IMG/VR virus record: IMGVR_UViG_3300037511_000526
Coordinates: 1-62,955 of that record
From: a virus
Taxonomy: Duplodnaviria > Caudoviricetes
Length of the DNA: 62,955 nt
Strand: one strand, 5' to 3'
The notes under the pieces: model-generated
The model's database searches: none
Told to the model about the DNA's origin: nothing
The model's input: only the letters and a program-made list of their open reading frames with translations
Position numbers and translations under genes: made by a program
Part shown: positions 1 through 8,303 of the stretch, one piece after another
Numbering within the stretch: position 1 is the first letter of the stretch
Layout: each line of letters begins with the position of its first letter

Positions 1-183
1 TCCGCCGCAACTCCGGCAGGATAAAATATTAGGCATTTGCATTGTTGAAAGATTTTGGTTTCGGTCCGGGCTTCTTCTTTTCCACCGTATAATTCGTTAC
101 CACCGGTTGTACTTCATCATTGTGCACTTCCTCAATGATCTTTCGAAGGTGAACCGGCAGACTCCGGTTCTGCTCCATTAAAT
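1..183 (+). repeat. Terminal direct repeat / circular overlap, copy 1
   Basis: Identical to 62773-62955 except T128 vs G62900. Confidence 0.95.
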
Positions 184-307
184 GCTTTTTAGCAGACAAT
201 GGCAGCGCTGTTTCTTTAAAAACCTGTTGACCATTTACAATCCGCGGCCTGTTGCCATCTTCTGTAACTGGAGTAACTACCCGGAGATATGAGGATTTAA
301 AATACAT
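29..307 (-). CDS. Hypothetical protein, first gene of the head operon (likely start MYFKSSY)
   Basis: ORF continuing across the circular junction toward the scaffold gene; promoter-like TATTTTTG just upstream of ATG at 307. Confidence 0.65.
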   Translation of the reverse strand: MYFKSSYLRVVTPVTEDGNRPRIVNGQQVFKETALPLSAKKHLMEQNRSLPVHLRKIIEEVHNDEVQPVVTNYTVEKKKPGPKPKSFNNANA

Positions 308-311
308 ACAA

Positions 312-319
312 CAAAAATA
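312..319 (-). promoter_or_regulatory. Bacteroidota -7 promoter element (TAnnTTTG) for the head operon
   Basis: Minus strand TATTTTTG in the divergent intergenic region. Confidence 0.4.
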
Positions 320-361
320 GTTTTCATTTTTGATTGAATTTTCAATACTTTCAGTAATTTG

Positions 362-374
362 CACCAAATTGGTG
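362..374. promoter_or_regulatory. Palindromic operator candidate CACCAA-A-TTGGTG
   Basis: Perfect 6-bp inverted repeat between a GTAATTTG promoter-like element and the ATG at 382. Confidence 0.4.
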
Positions 375-381
375 TGATTAA

Positions 382-561
382 ATGGCAAAATCAATTACTC
401 TACGGAGCATCCCGGCTGATATTTTCCAGATATTATTGAGGGAACAACACAAAGTAAAATCCCATCGTGGCATTGGTCGCTTTGGAATTGAACAAACGGT
501 TTATAAGATTATTCGTGATAATGAAAGATGCAAGGAATCGGAAAGAGGGAAAACGGTTTAG
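382..561 (+). CDS. Small ribbon-helix-helix-like regulator (59 aa, not in ORF track)
   Basis: Own translation MAKSITLRSIPADIFQILLREQHKVKSHRGIGRFGIEQTVYKIIRDNERCKESERGKTV: beta-strand then two amphipathic helices; first gene of the GT operon. Confidence 0.6.
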   Translation: MAKSITLRSIPADIFQILLREQHKVKSHRGIGRFGIEQTVYKIIRDNERCKESERGKTV

Positions 562-595
562 AAACTTTTAAAGGAATAGAAAAGCAATTTGGTTT

Positions 596-1291
596 ATGAA
601 TCTATCACTTTGCCTCACTACATTCAATCGCTTCGCCTTAACTATCGAATCATTCGCCCAGGTGATCGACGATTCCCGAATCGATGACATCCTAATTTTA
701 GACGACGCGAGCACTGACGGATCTTTCGAAAAATTAGTTGATCACTACAAAGACATTCAAAAGGTGCGGGTAATCAGGCAGGCGCAGAATAGGGGCATGT
801 CTGTTTCGAAGCGGGATGCAATCGCGCTATCCTATTGTTCAACAGTAATAATTTTCGATAGCGATAATAAATTAGGAAAAGACTATTTAGATGCCCTGCA
901 GGCGGTAGGCGTCTTTAAGGAAAATACATTGTATTTGCCGGTTGCCGCAAACCCAAATTTTGATTATAGAAAATTCAGCGGTCTTACAATAACCGCCAAT
1001 AATATAGGCAAATATATGAGGGATGAAATGTTCCGGTGTGCCCTCAATACCTGCAATTGTCTTGTAAATAGGGATTATTATACGAAGGCGTTTGTCGAAG
1101 ATCCGAAGATCGGGTGCGCGGACACCATTAACCATATTTATAATCATTTAAAAATCGGCGGAGAATTATACTTTGTCCCGGACATGGAGTATTTCCACTT
1201 AGTCGGGCCACAAAGCGGGTTTCTTGAAAATGTGGATTATAATATTAGGAAGGCAAAAGAGATTGAACGAAAAATAATTCAACTTATATAA
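596..1291 (+). CDS. Glycosyltransferase family 2
   Basis: SLCLTTFNR, ILDDASTDGS, NRGMS, IFDSD (DxD) motifs. Confidence 0.9.
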   Translation: MNLSLCLTTFNRFALTIESFAQVIDDSRIDDILILDDASTDGSFEKLVDHYKDIQKVRVIRQAQNRGMSVSKRDAIALSYCSTVIIFDSDNKLGKDYLDALQAVGVFKENTLYLPVAANPNFDYRKFSGLTITANNIGKYMRDEMFRCALNTCNCLVNRDYYTKAFVEDPKIGCADTINHIYNHLKIGGELYFVPDMEYFHLVGPQSGFLENVDYNIRKAKEIERKIIQLI

Positions 1292-1293
1292 GC

Positions 1294-2052
1294 ATGTATT
1301 ATAAGAATTTGTCTTTGGAATATTTAGTTGAAGAAATAGACGGAATTGTCCATGTTGAACAATGGAAAGAAATTCCTGGTTATGAAGGGCTTTGTGAAGC
1401 AAGTTCCTTTGGGCGAATAAAATCCGTCAGCACAAAAGGGCAATTTCGTATCAAAAGGAAATCTACAAGAAGGGAAAAAATACTAAGCCAGCGGCTTTGT
1501 AAGAAGACAGGATATTTATCAATTAGTCTAACAGATCTGCAAGTTAATAGAAAAACATTCCTAGTACATAGAATAATCGGTAGCTTATTCGTGCCCAACC
1601 CTGAAAATAAAGAAGAAATTAATCATAAGAAAGGCATAAAAACAGATAATAGGGCAACGGAAATCGAATGGTCTACTCCTTCAGAAAATCAAATTCACGC
1701 ACTTAAAACTGGGCTATCGTCTATCAAATATGGCGAAGAAAGTGGCTGCACATTCTTGAAAAACGAAATTGTCCTTAAAATATTCAATAGTCCCTACTCG
1801 GCAAAAAATCTATCCGCGATTTTCAATATTCCGATTTATGTAATTTATCAAATAAAAAACGGCAAAAATTGGTCAAGGATAACTGGCAAAACCTATAAAA
1901 GCAAATCATCAAGAAGGCCAGAATCGCTGGTAAAGGAAATATTTGAATCGGATTTGCCGGAAGGTGAAATACTTGCTAAATATAATATCTCATCAAAATA
2001 TTTATGGGCAATCAAAAAAGGCAAGTTGTGGAAAAAATTATTGCATTTATGA
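1294..2052 (+). CDS. NUMOD4-HNH homing endonuclease
   Basis: EQWKEIPGYEG..SSFGRIKS (NUMOD4); VHR..NHKKGIKTDN..EWST.SEN (HNH); two C-terminal HTH-like repeats. Confidence 0.9.
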   Translation: MYYKNLSLEYLVEEIDGIVHVEQWKEIPGYEGLCEASSFGRIKSVSTKGQFRIKRKSTRREKILSQRLCKKTGYLSISLTDLQVNRKTFLVHRIIGSLFVPNPENKEEINHKKGIKTDNRATEIEWSTPSENQIHALKTGLSSIKYGEESGCTFLKNEIVLKIFNSPYSAKNLSAIFNIPIYVIYQIKNGKNWSRITGKTYKSKSSRRPESLVKEIFESDLPEGEILAKYNISSKYLWAIKKGKLWKKLLHL

Positions 2053-2285
2053 AAATCTGGATAACTCAATTCCGCGCCCCTGACGCCCGAACCGGTGAAG
2101 TAAAAACATGGTGCGGTGAAAATGTAGAAGCGCCTACATGGGAACTCGCACAGCAATGGTGTTATGAGAATCGAGGGCACTTGAAAGTGATCGGTGAACT
2201 GGTGGCCGAGATACCATGCAAGGAAGGAACGTATCAACCAGATATTGATAAGATGATCGATTACGAGAACATCCAAAATAATTAA
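2049..2285 (+). CDS. Hypothetical protein (start MKIWITQ)
   Basis: ATGA overlap with the HNH stop codon. Confidence 0.65.
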   Translation: MKIWITQFRAPDARTGEVKTWCGENVEAPTWELAQQWCYENRGHLKVIGELVAEIPCKEGTYQPDIDKMIDYENIQNN

Positions 2286-2630
2286 ATGCTAATCATACAA
2301 CCACAACAACTAAAGCAGTACTTTAATCTTGACCAGGAAGTGACCATGCAGGAACGTGTAGTTGAATATTTCAGCCGACCTCAAAAACCTGGATTTCATT
2401 TATGTTGTATAGAACAAAGAGGATTGACGGCTGATTACTATGCAGCATTCTCGATTGAGTTACCAGACAGCGGGAAGCCCTTTATCATTGAAGTGCTGAT
2501 TGAAGACAAACGAAAAATATCCTACCAAAACTTTCTGCTGAAAGCCAACGCGAAGACGGAAGAACCTTGGAATAATCCAAACCGATTGATCGCACTGGCT
2601 ATGCATAACCAGAAAAACGGGATAGTATGA
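2286..2630 (+). CDS. Hypothetical protein
   Basis: Tightly packed in operon. Confidence 0.65.
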   Translation: MLIIQPQQLKQYFNLDQEVTMQERVVEYFSRPQKPGFHLCCIEQRGLTADYYAAFSIELPDSGKPFIIEVLIEDKRKISYQNFLLKANAKTEEPWNNPNRLIALAMHNQKNGIV

Positions 2631-3349
2631 TTCAACCAAAACTTTGGGCGCAAACTGGGAATCAATGTTTCATGATTAGCGCCGCAATAGCTCATGCTCT
2701 CAAAATGGGTACCACCTATTCCATCCCTAAAAAAACTATTAACCCGCGCATCTGGCGAACATACTTCAGCCACTTGCCCGAAACAAAGAGCGCGACGAAA
2801 CATTATTATAAGGAGAAACGACACTGTTACGATCCGCTGCCTGAAGTTCACGATCTGACTATTGAAGGGTACTGGCAAAGTGAAAAATATTGGCATGGAT
2901 ACAAGGAGCAGATAGCAAGGGCTTTGGGTTTTGAGTATAAGCCGGAATTATATGTAGCGGTACATATTCGTAGGGGTGATTACCTATTATATCCAGATCA
3001 GTTTCCGGTATTGCCGATGGAATATTATATAGAGGCGATTGCCGAGTTTGTGAAACTAGGATTTGATGATTTTAAAATCTATTCTGATGATATAGCGTGG
3101 TGCAAAAAAGAGTTTTCAGCAATTGGCACATATGTCTATTCCGAAAAGAAAGATCCGCTATCCGATATGAAAGATATGTACAATGCTGCTGGATTCATAA
3201 TCGCAAATTCGTCTTTCAGCTTATTTGCTGCTTCATTACGACCCGACAATCCGATGGTTGTGGCGCCGGCGGAACACAGATGGTATGGACCAAAAGCAGG
3301 TCACCTTGAAACTTGTGATTTGATGAATGAAAGATTTATTAAATTATGA
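2627..3349 (+). CDS. Alpha-1,2-fucosyltransferase-like, GT11
   Basis: GNQ, GYWQSEKY, VHIRRGDY, YSDD..WC, ANSSFS motifs. Confidence 0.9.
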   Translation: MIQPKLWAQTGNQCFMISAAIAHALKMGTTYSIPKKTINPRIWRTYFSHLPETKSATKHYYKEKRHCYDPLPEVHDLTIEGYWQSEKYWHGYKEQIARALGFEYKPELYVAVHIRRGDYLLYPDQFPVLPMEYYIEAIAEFVKLGFDDFKIYSDDIAWCKKEFSAIGTYVYSEKKDPLSDMKDMYNAAGFIIANSSFSLFAASLRPDNPMVVAPAEHRWYGPKAGHLETCDLMNERFIKL

Positions 3350-3352
3350 ACT

Positions 3353-3667
3353 ATGAAAAATGAAAACAATTCTCAATCAGTAATATTTAGCGGACAGCAG
3401 TTTTACAAAATATTACAATTTGATTGTAAAACTGTTAAACTTCAGAATCAATTTGGCGGCACATTATTTACATCATTGCCCATTTCAACTAATTCGAAGG
3501 TAGAAGTAAAAGCAGACAATTGGTATACGACTTTTAATATTATTGATGATTGGGGCAAACTACACACCCTTAGAATACCGAATTTTATGAAAACTGAAAT
3601 TGAAAATGCAATACTTGGCGCAAATAAAATAAATAATGACTATGACCCTCCACGACCTCGCACTTAA
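3353..3667 (+). CDS. Hypothetical protein
   Basis: Operon packing. Confidence 0.55.
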   Translation: MKNENNSQSVIFSGQQFYKILQFDCKTVKLQNQFGGTLFTSLPISTNSKVEVKADNWYTTFNIIDDWGKLHTLRIPNFMKTEIENAILGANKINNDYDPPRPRT

Positions 3668-4163
3668 ATATGGTTCTGATAAGGCCGAACATGGCTACTG
3701 TCCTTTCTATGAGCAATATCTGCCAAAGAATCCAAAAAAGCTACTTGAAATTGGTGTATTACAGGGCGCATCAATTAGAATGTGGAAGGAATACTTCCCG
3801 GAGTGCGAAATTCATGGGCTGGACCTATTTATTGATAATCCTATTCCTGATATACATAATGTAGTTTGGCATAAGGGCAATCAGATAGACTACCTGTTAT
3901 TGGAGCAATTGAGGAAAGAAAACTTTGACATAGTAGTAGATGATGGAAGTCATAATAGCAGGGATCAGATGATGACCTTTTTCGGATTATTTAATGGCAA
4001 TCAATATTACATAGAAGATCTACAATGTTGCTATGAGGAATTCTACCGGCAGAGATTGCCATATGCTGCTACTGCGCTAGATTTATTCAATTCTATACAT
4101 GACAGCGGATCAAATCTGGAAACTGTAACCGGTAAAAATATAACTCTAATTTATGCTCCTTAA
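3636..4163 (+). CDS. Class I SAM-dependent (sugar O-) methyltransferase
   Basis: YGSDK..HGY, LLEIGV, GLD, VVDDGSH, YIEDL motifs. Confidence 0.85.
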   Translation: MTMTLHDLALKYGSDKAEHGYCPFYEQYLPKNPKKLLEIGVLQGASIRMWKEYFPECEIHGLDLFIDNPIPDIHNVVWHKGNQIDYLLLEQLRKENFDIVVDDGSHNSRDQMMTFFGLFNGNQYYIEDLQCCYEEFYRQRLPYAATALDLFNSIHDSGSNLETVTGKNITLIYAP

Positions 4164-4779
4164 CTTTCCATTCCTTGTAACCAAGTACTCCATCAAAGCA
4201 AACGGCTGTATCCATGTCGGAAGCCACCATGCCCAAGAGCACCCTCAATACGTCGCTGCCGACATAAAGCGTTTTGTATATATTGAGCCATGTGCAGCAG
4301 CCTTCAATGTGCTTAAAAATAAATTCGCCGCACATCATCATATCTTATTGTATAATGTTGCCTGCGGTGATGTGGAATGCGAACAGGTGATGTATACCGG
4401 CAGTCAGAACCAGGGGCAAAGCAATAGCCTGCTCAAGATGCAGAAACACCTGCAGATTCATCCGGGGATTACGTTGCCCAATACTGAACTAGTGACGGTA
4501 AAGCGGTTGGATAGTCTCGGACTTGCCCATAAGGGCTATCAGTTGCTTGTTATGGACTGCCAGGGCTTCGAAGGGCGCGTATTGAAAGGCGCTACAGAGA
4601 CATTGAAGCAGATCAACTTTATTTATACGGAGCTTAATCGAGATGCTGTATATGAAAATTGTACAATGGTTGATGAGATGGATCAATTACTGGGGGACTT
4701 CGAAAGGGTTGAAACCGGAGAATGGATTTGCGGAATGTGGACTGATGGATTTTATATTAGAAAATCAATATTGAAATGA
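4153..4779 (+). CDS. FkbM-family methyltransferase
   Basis: IHVGSH, IEP, SNSLL, KRLD, MDCQGFEGRVLKGA motifs. Confidence 0.9.
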   Translation: MLLNFPFLVTKYSIKANGCIHVGSHHAQEHPQYVAADIKRFVYIEPCAAAFNVLKNKFAAHHHILLYNVACGDVECEQVMYTGSQNQGQSNSLLKMQKHLQIHPGITLPNTELVTVKRLDSLGLAHKGYQLLVMDCQGFEGRVLKGATETLKQINFIYTELNRDAVYENCTMVDEMDQLLGDFERVETGEWICGMWTDGFYIRKSILK

Positions 4780-5630
4780 TCAGACGAACATATCCAAGAA
4801 TTGCCGTAGCAAAGAACCGAATGTTTCCAGGTATGGTACCGGTGCCTGTTCATTTCAGAATCAATCATCCATTCCGATATCCCCCAGATAATACTCTTGA
4901 GTTTGAGCGCTGGTATTATGAATCCTATATTGAATCTAATACACATGACAGACTTTATCTTCCGGTATTCTGGACCGCATATCAATGCTATCACAAATAT
5001 GGGAAAGATCCACGCGCCATGAGTGCACTGCAACAGTTTATCAATTCGCTGGACAAGACGAAAAAATACTACACAATTTGCCAATACGACGATGGCCCAT
5101 TGGTAGATTTTGGCGATATTGATATTATCGTTTTCGGAATGGCCGGCGGTCGAAATGACTTTCCGATACCATTGCTTTGCCAGCCGCATAAGTACAACAA
5201 GATACATGAACGGGATATATTCTGCTCATTTGTTGGTCGCATTACCCACCCTATCCGTTCGGAAATGATCAAGCAGGTGCAAGGTAAACCAGGGTATTAC
5301 GTTTCTACTAAAGAACACAAGATAGATGATTACTGCAGCATACTTGCCCGTAGTAAATATGCATTATGTCCGCGGGGCTATTCGGCCACCTCGTTCCGCA
5401 TTGCTGAGGCTATACAATATGGGGCGGTGCCGGTCTACTTAAGTGACATTTTTATTACACCTTATAACAAGGGTGGTATAATCCCTATTATACACAATTC
5501 GGCAATACTGAAATTGGAGTATCATATAAACAACCACTGCAAAGTAACTGATACATATTTCAATGATGTGAAACACTTATTCACCTACGAAGGATGCAAA
5601 CAAATGATACTTCAGGAGGTGAACAAATGA
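4776..5630 (+). CDS. Exostosin-like glycosyltransferase, GT47
   Basis: SFVG, SKYALCPRGY..SFRIAEAIQYGAVPV motif. Confidence 0.85.
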   Translation: MIRRTYPRIAVAKNRMFPGMVPVPVHFRINHPFRYPPDNTLEFERWYYESYIESNTHDRLYLPVFWTAYQCYHKYGKDPRAMSALQQFINSLDKTKKYYTICQYDDGPLVDFGDIDIIVFGMAGGRNDFPIPLLCQPHKYNKIHERDIFCSFVGRITHPIRSEMIKQVQGKPGYYVSTKEHKIDDYCSILARSKYALCPRGYSATSFRIAEAIQYGAVPVYLSDIFITPYNKGGIIPIIHNSAILKLEYHINNHCKVTDTYFNDVKHLFTYEGCKQMILQEVNK

Positions 5631-5992
5631 CCGTCATCGAAAAAATAAATATCCCCGGTATTGACCTGGAGAATCAGAAGATCACTGATTTTACAGAACT
5701 ATCAATAGAGATTCGTGATAATAGCATTTTGTATACAGCGAAATTTTTTGCAGATGAACCAGTCAATAACGATGACAAAGAATTGGGTTGGAATAACGTT
5801 TTCAACTCCTTTCAACTTATTGCCGCAAAAAGTAAAATAGCCGGCATAGAAAAGAGTTGGCTACCCGCTGCGAAAAAATGGAGCATTTATATTTTTGTTG
5901 AAGGTTTTGCAAATGACATAAGAATGTATTTCAAGCGAGAAAGTGAAGCGGCGGCACTTTTTAGTAAACTACACAAATGGTTGTATGAGTAA
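5627..5992 (+). CDS. Hypothetical protein (start MTVIEK)
   Basis: ATGA overlap with the GT47 stop codon. Confidence 0.6.
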   Translation: MTVIEKINIPGIDLENQKITDFTELSIEIRDNSILYTAKFFADEPVNNDDKELGWNNVFNSFQLIAAKSKIAGIEKSWLPAAKKWSIYIFVEGFANDIRMYFKRESEAAALFSKLHKWLYE

Positions 5993-6605
5993 ATTATCGA
6001 TAATCACCCCCTACCGAAACAGAGCGCAACACCTCGCCCAATTCTTAAAACACTACCGGCCGCGACTGCCGAAAGCGGAGTTCCTGGTGATTGAACAATC
6101 AATCCATAAGCCATTTAACCGGGGTTTGATTAAAAACATTGGCGCCCTTAATTCTGACGCTCATTATTTCATCTTCCATGATGTTGACATGTTAGTTCAA
6201 GGACACATGGATTACTCGTATCCCGAACATCCAACCCACTTGGCCACACATGCAAGTCAATTCGGTTGGAAGATGCCGCATGATAAATACTTCGGCGGTG
6301 TAGTTGCCTTCAATCGAACGGACTTTGAAACAGTAAATGGTTACAGCAATCAGTTTTGGGGTTGGGGCGGCGAGGATGATAGCCTATATTATAGCGTTTT
6401 GGAAAATGGATTACAAATTGATAGGCGGGAGCACCGATACTTAAGCCTGCCCCACCCTAAAGATCACCCTACCGGCTACGACCCCGTCAAAATGGAACTA
6501 GCAAAACAGCCACGAAAGTCTGATGATGGATTGAATAATTGCCAATATACTATTGTAAATGAGCGAGATATACCACAAGGGAGAATTTTAACGGTTGATA
6601 TATAA
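5985..6605 (+). CDS. Beta-1,4-galactosyltransferase-like, GT7
   Basis: IITPYRNR, FNRG, FHDVD, YFGGV, NGYSNQFWGWGGEDD motifs. Confidence 0.92.
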   Translation: MSKLSIITPYRNRAQHLAQFLKHYRPRLPKAEFLVIEQSIHKPFNRGLIKNIGALNSDAHYFIFHDVDMLVQGHMDYSYPEHPTHLATHASQFGWKMPHDKYFGGVVAFNRTDFETVNGYSNQFWGWGGEDDSLYYSVLENGLQIDRREHRYLSLPHPKDHPTGYDPVKMELAKQPRKSDDGLNNCQYTIVNERDIPQGRILTVDI

Positions 6606-6648
6606 TTTTATTTGTACTTTTCTCGTTTTCTAAAATAACCCAAGGAAA

Positions 6649-7158
6649 ATGAGACTAATATTACCCCTGCTCCTGCTTGTATGCTCAAACGCTTTTTCAC
6701 AGAAATTGACTATCAACAAAAGGATCGATAAAATGGATGGCGCTGAATACTATTCGGCATCCAAGTCATTAAAACTCTCCAGTCCTTCAAAGAAATGGTT
6801 TGTAATTGAACCCATCATTAAAAAGAATGATGAAAATAATATTGAATGTACTGGACTATTTATAAAATTCTCAGGTATAGGGGCTTGCAATGAAAATGAC
6901 GAATTAGATTTCTTATTTGAAGATGGCAGCAAACTGAAAATAAAGGCTTGGAATCAATTTGCATGTAAGAATAATTCAGGATTTTTCATCGACTCTACAG
7001 ATGCATTGGGGGGTTGTCTTGCATCGATTAAATTATTGAATAAACCGATAAAAAGTATTAGATTTTCGAACGGTAAAACTTATGACAATCTAACAGTAGA
7101 CCTTCTATTAAAAGACAGAAACTATTTTGTTGAATTGAACGCAGCATTAAATAATTAA
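6649..7158 (+). CDS. Secreted hypothetical protein
   Basis: Signal peptide MRLILPLLLLVCSNAFS followed by Gln. Confidence 0.7.
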   Translation: MRLILPLLLLVCSNAFSQKLTINKRIDKMDGAEYYSASKSLKLSSPSKKWFVIEPIIKKNDENNIECTGLFIKFSGIGACNENDELDFLFEDGSKLKIKAWNQFACKNNSGFFIDSTDALGGCLASIKLLNKPIKSIRFSNGKTYDNLTVDLLLKDRNYFVELNAALNN

Positions 7159-7346
7159 TTTCCCTCATTAATAACCTCATAACAACTTGCGCATAAATTA
7201 GCGTTACCCTGTTCTTCACTCCCGCCGATCATGATAAACATCTGATACTGTTTGCCATATATTATTTCATCGCACACATGGCACGGTACGCATGTACATG
7301 GAACTTCTTTCCAAATAATTTCTATCTGCATTAAATCTGAGGCCAT
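7155..7346 (-). CDS. Small Zn-finger-like protein (start MASDL)
   Basis: CHVC...CASC pairs; last gene of the portal operon. Confidence 0.55.
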   Translation of the reverse strand: MASDLMQIEIIWKEVPCTCVPCHVCDEIIYGKQYQMFIMIGGSEEQGNANLCASCYEVINEGN

Positions 7347-7347
7347 A

Positions 7348-8298
7348 TTATGAATTAGCAGCTTTCCACGCAATATACGCCGCTGTCGCGAAAACACGAT
7401 CTTTATCTGCCTGTGGTACCTGGCGTTCATTTACCGGCCTTATAGAATGCCCACATCTATATCCACCTCGTCTCACGAAGAAATTGCTCGCATCAGTCCC
7501 GGGAATCATACCATTTGGTAAGCCCGTCTTATCATATATCGGCACAGCCTCACGTTTACCGGTTTTTTTGTTAAGATAGGTCAGCCCTTCGCCGCGCAAT
7601 AGTGCCGGCACTTCGCTGATATGAAAATACGGCCGGTCCGTCATCGCATCGCAAAAGGGCCTCGTAGTTAGGATATCGGTATTGTCATACTTGAACCAGT
7701 CGTAACCAAGATCCGATGAAATAATTTGTGTGTATTGATTGGAATATTGATTAACTGAATCGGTTGTTATTTGCCCTACATATTTTTCCAACGTTCCGGG
7801 CGTTTCGGTGTTTACCAGGTTTTCCCGAAGTTGCGCTGTAAGGACCTTATAGCTTCCTCCAGTTGTTATATTTGTTCGAAGAATATCAGCTATTGGATCA
7901 GCTATATTGGCGCCTATACCCGCCTCTGTGAGCTTGGAAACAGTATCAGATATAGCCTGTTCCCGGATGACCTTGAGTAATGGCTTTGGCTTAAAAGTCT
8001 TCTCGATGCCCTTCCAGTAGTCGTTCTGCAGCGTCGTTATTTCATTGAACGATTTTGCAAAGGCTTTTACATCGTCCAGGTAATCATCCGTCAATATTAT
8101 ACGGTTGAGTTTGTTCTTGATCGAATTGATCAGTGATAGGTTTTTTACAGTTGTTTTGATTTTACCATCCTGTAGATCCAACTTTGAAAGGTCTTCCAGT
8201 AGACTGTCGTATATATCCTTCTGAATAGATGGTATACCTTTATTCATCCCCTTTATGGATGAGTTTATTTTCTCGAGTATATTGCTGAAGTCTGCCAT
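7348..8298 (-). CDS. Head morphogenesis / minor capsid protein (SPP1 gp7/MuF-like)
   Basis: Downstream of portal; TRPFC and GGYRCGH motifs. Confidence 0.75.
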   Translation of the reverse strand: MADFSNILEKINSSIKGMNKGIPSIQKDIYDSLLEDLSKLDLQDGKIKTTVKNLSLINSIKNKLNRIILTDDYLDDVKAFAKSFNEITTLQNDYWKGIEKTFKPKPLLKVIREQAISDTVSKLTEAGIGANIADPIADILRTNITTGGSYKVLTAQLRENLVNTETPGTLEKYVGQITTDSVNQYSNQYTQIISSDLGYDWFKYDNTDILTTRPFCDAMTDRPYFHISEVPALLRGEGLTYLNKKTGKREAVPIYDKTGLPNGMIPGTDASNFFVRRGGYRCGHSIRPVNERQVPQADKDRVFATAAYIAWKAANS

Positions 8299-8303
8299 TA
8301 ATA

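Noticed and set aside
1-183. True physical terminal repeat of the virion DNA
   Set aside because: The repeat falls mid-gene and is equally explained by assembler circular overlap; cannot be decided without read termini
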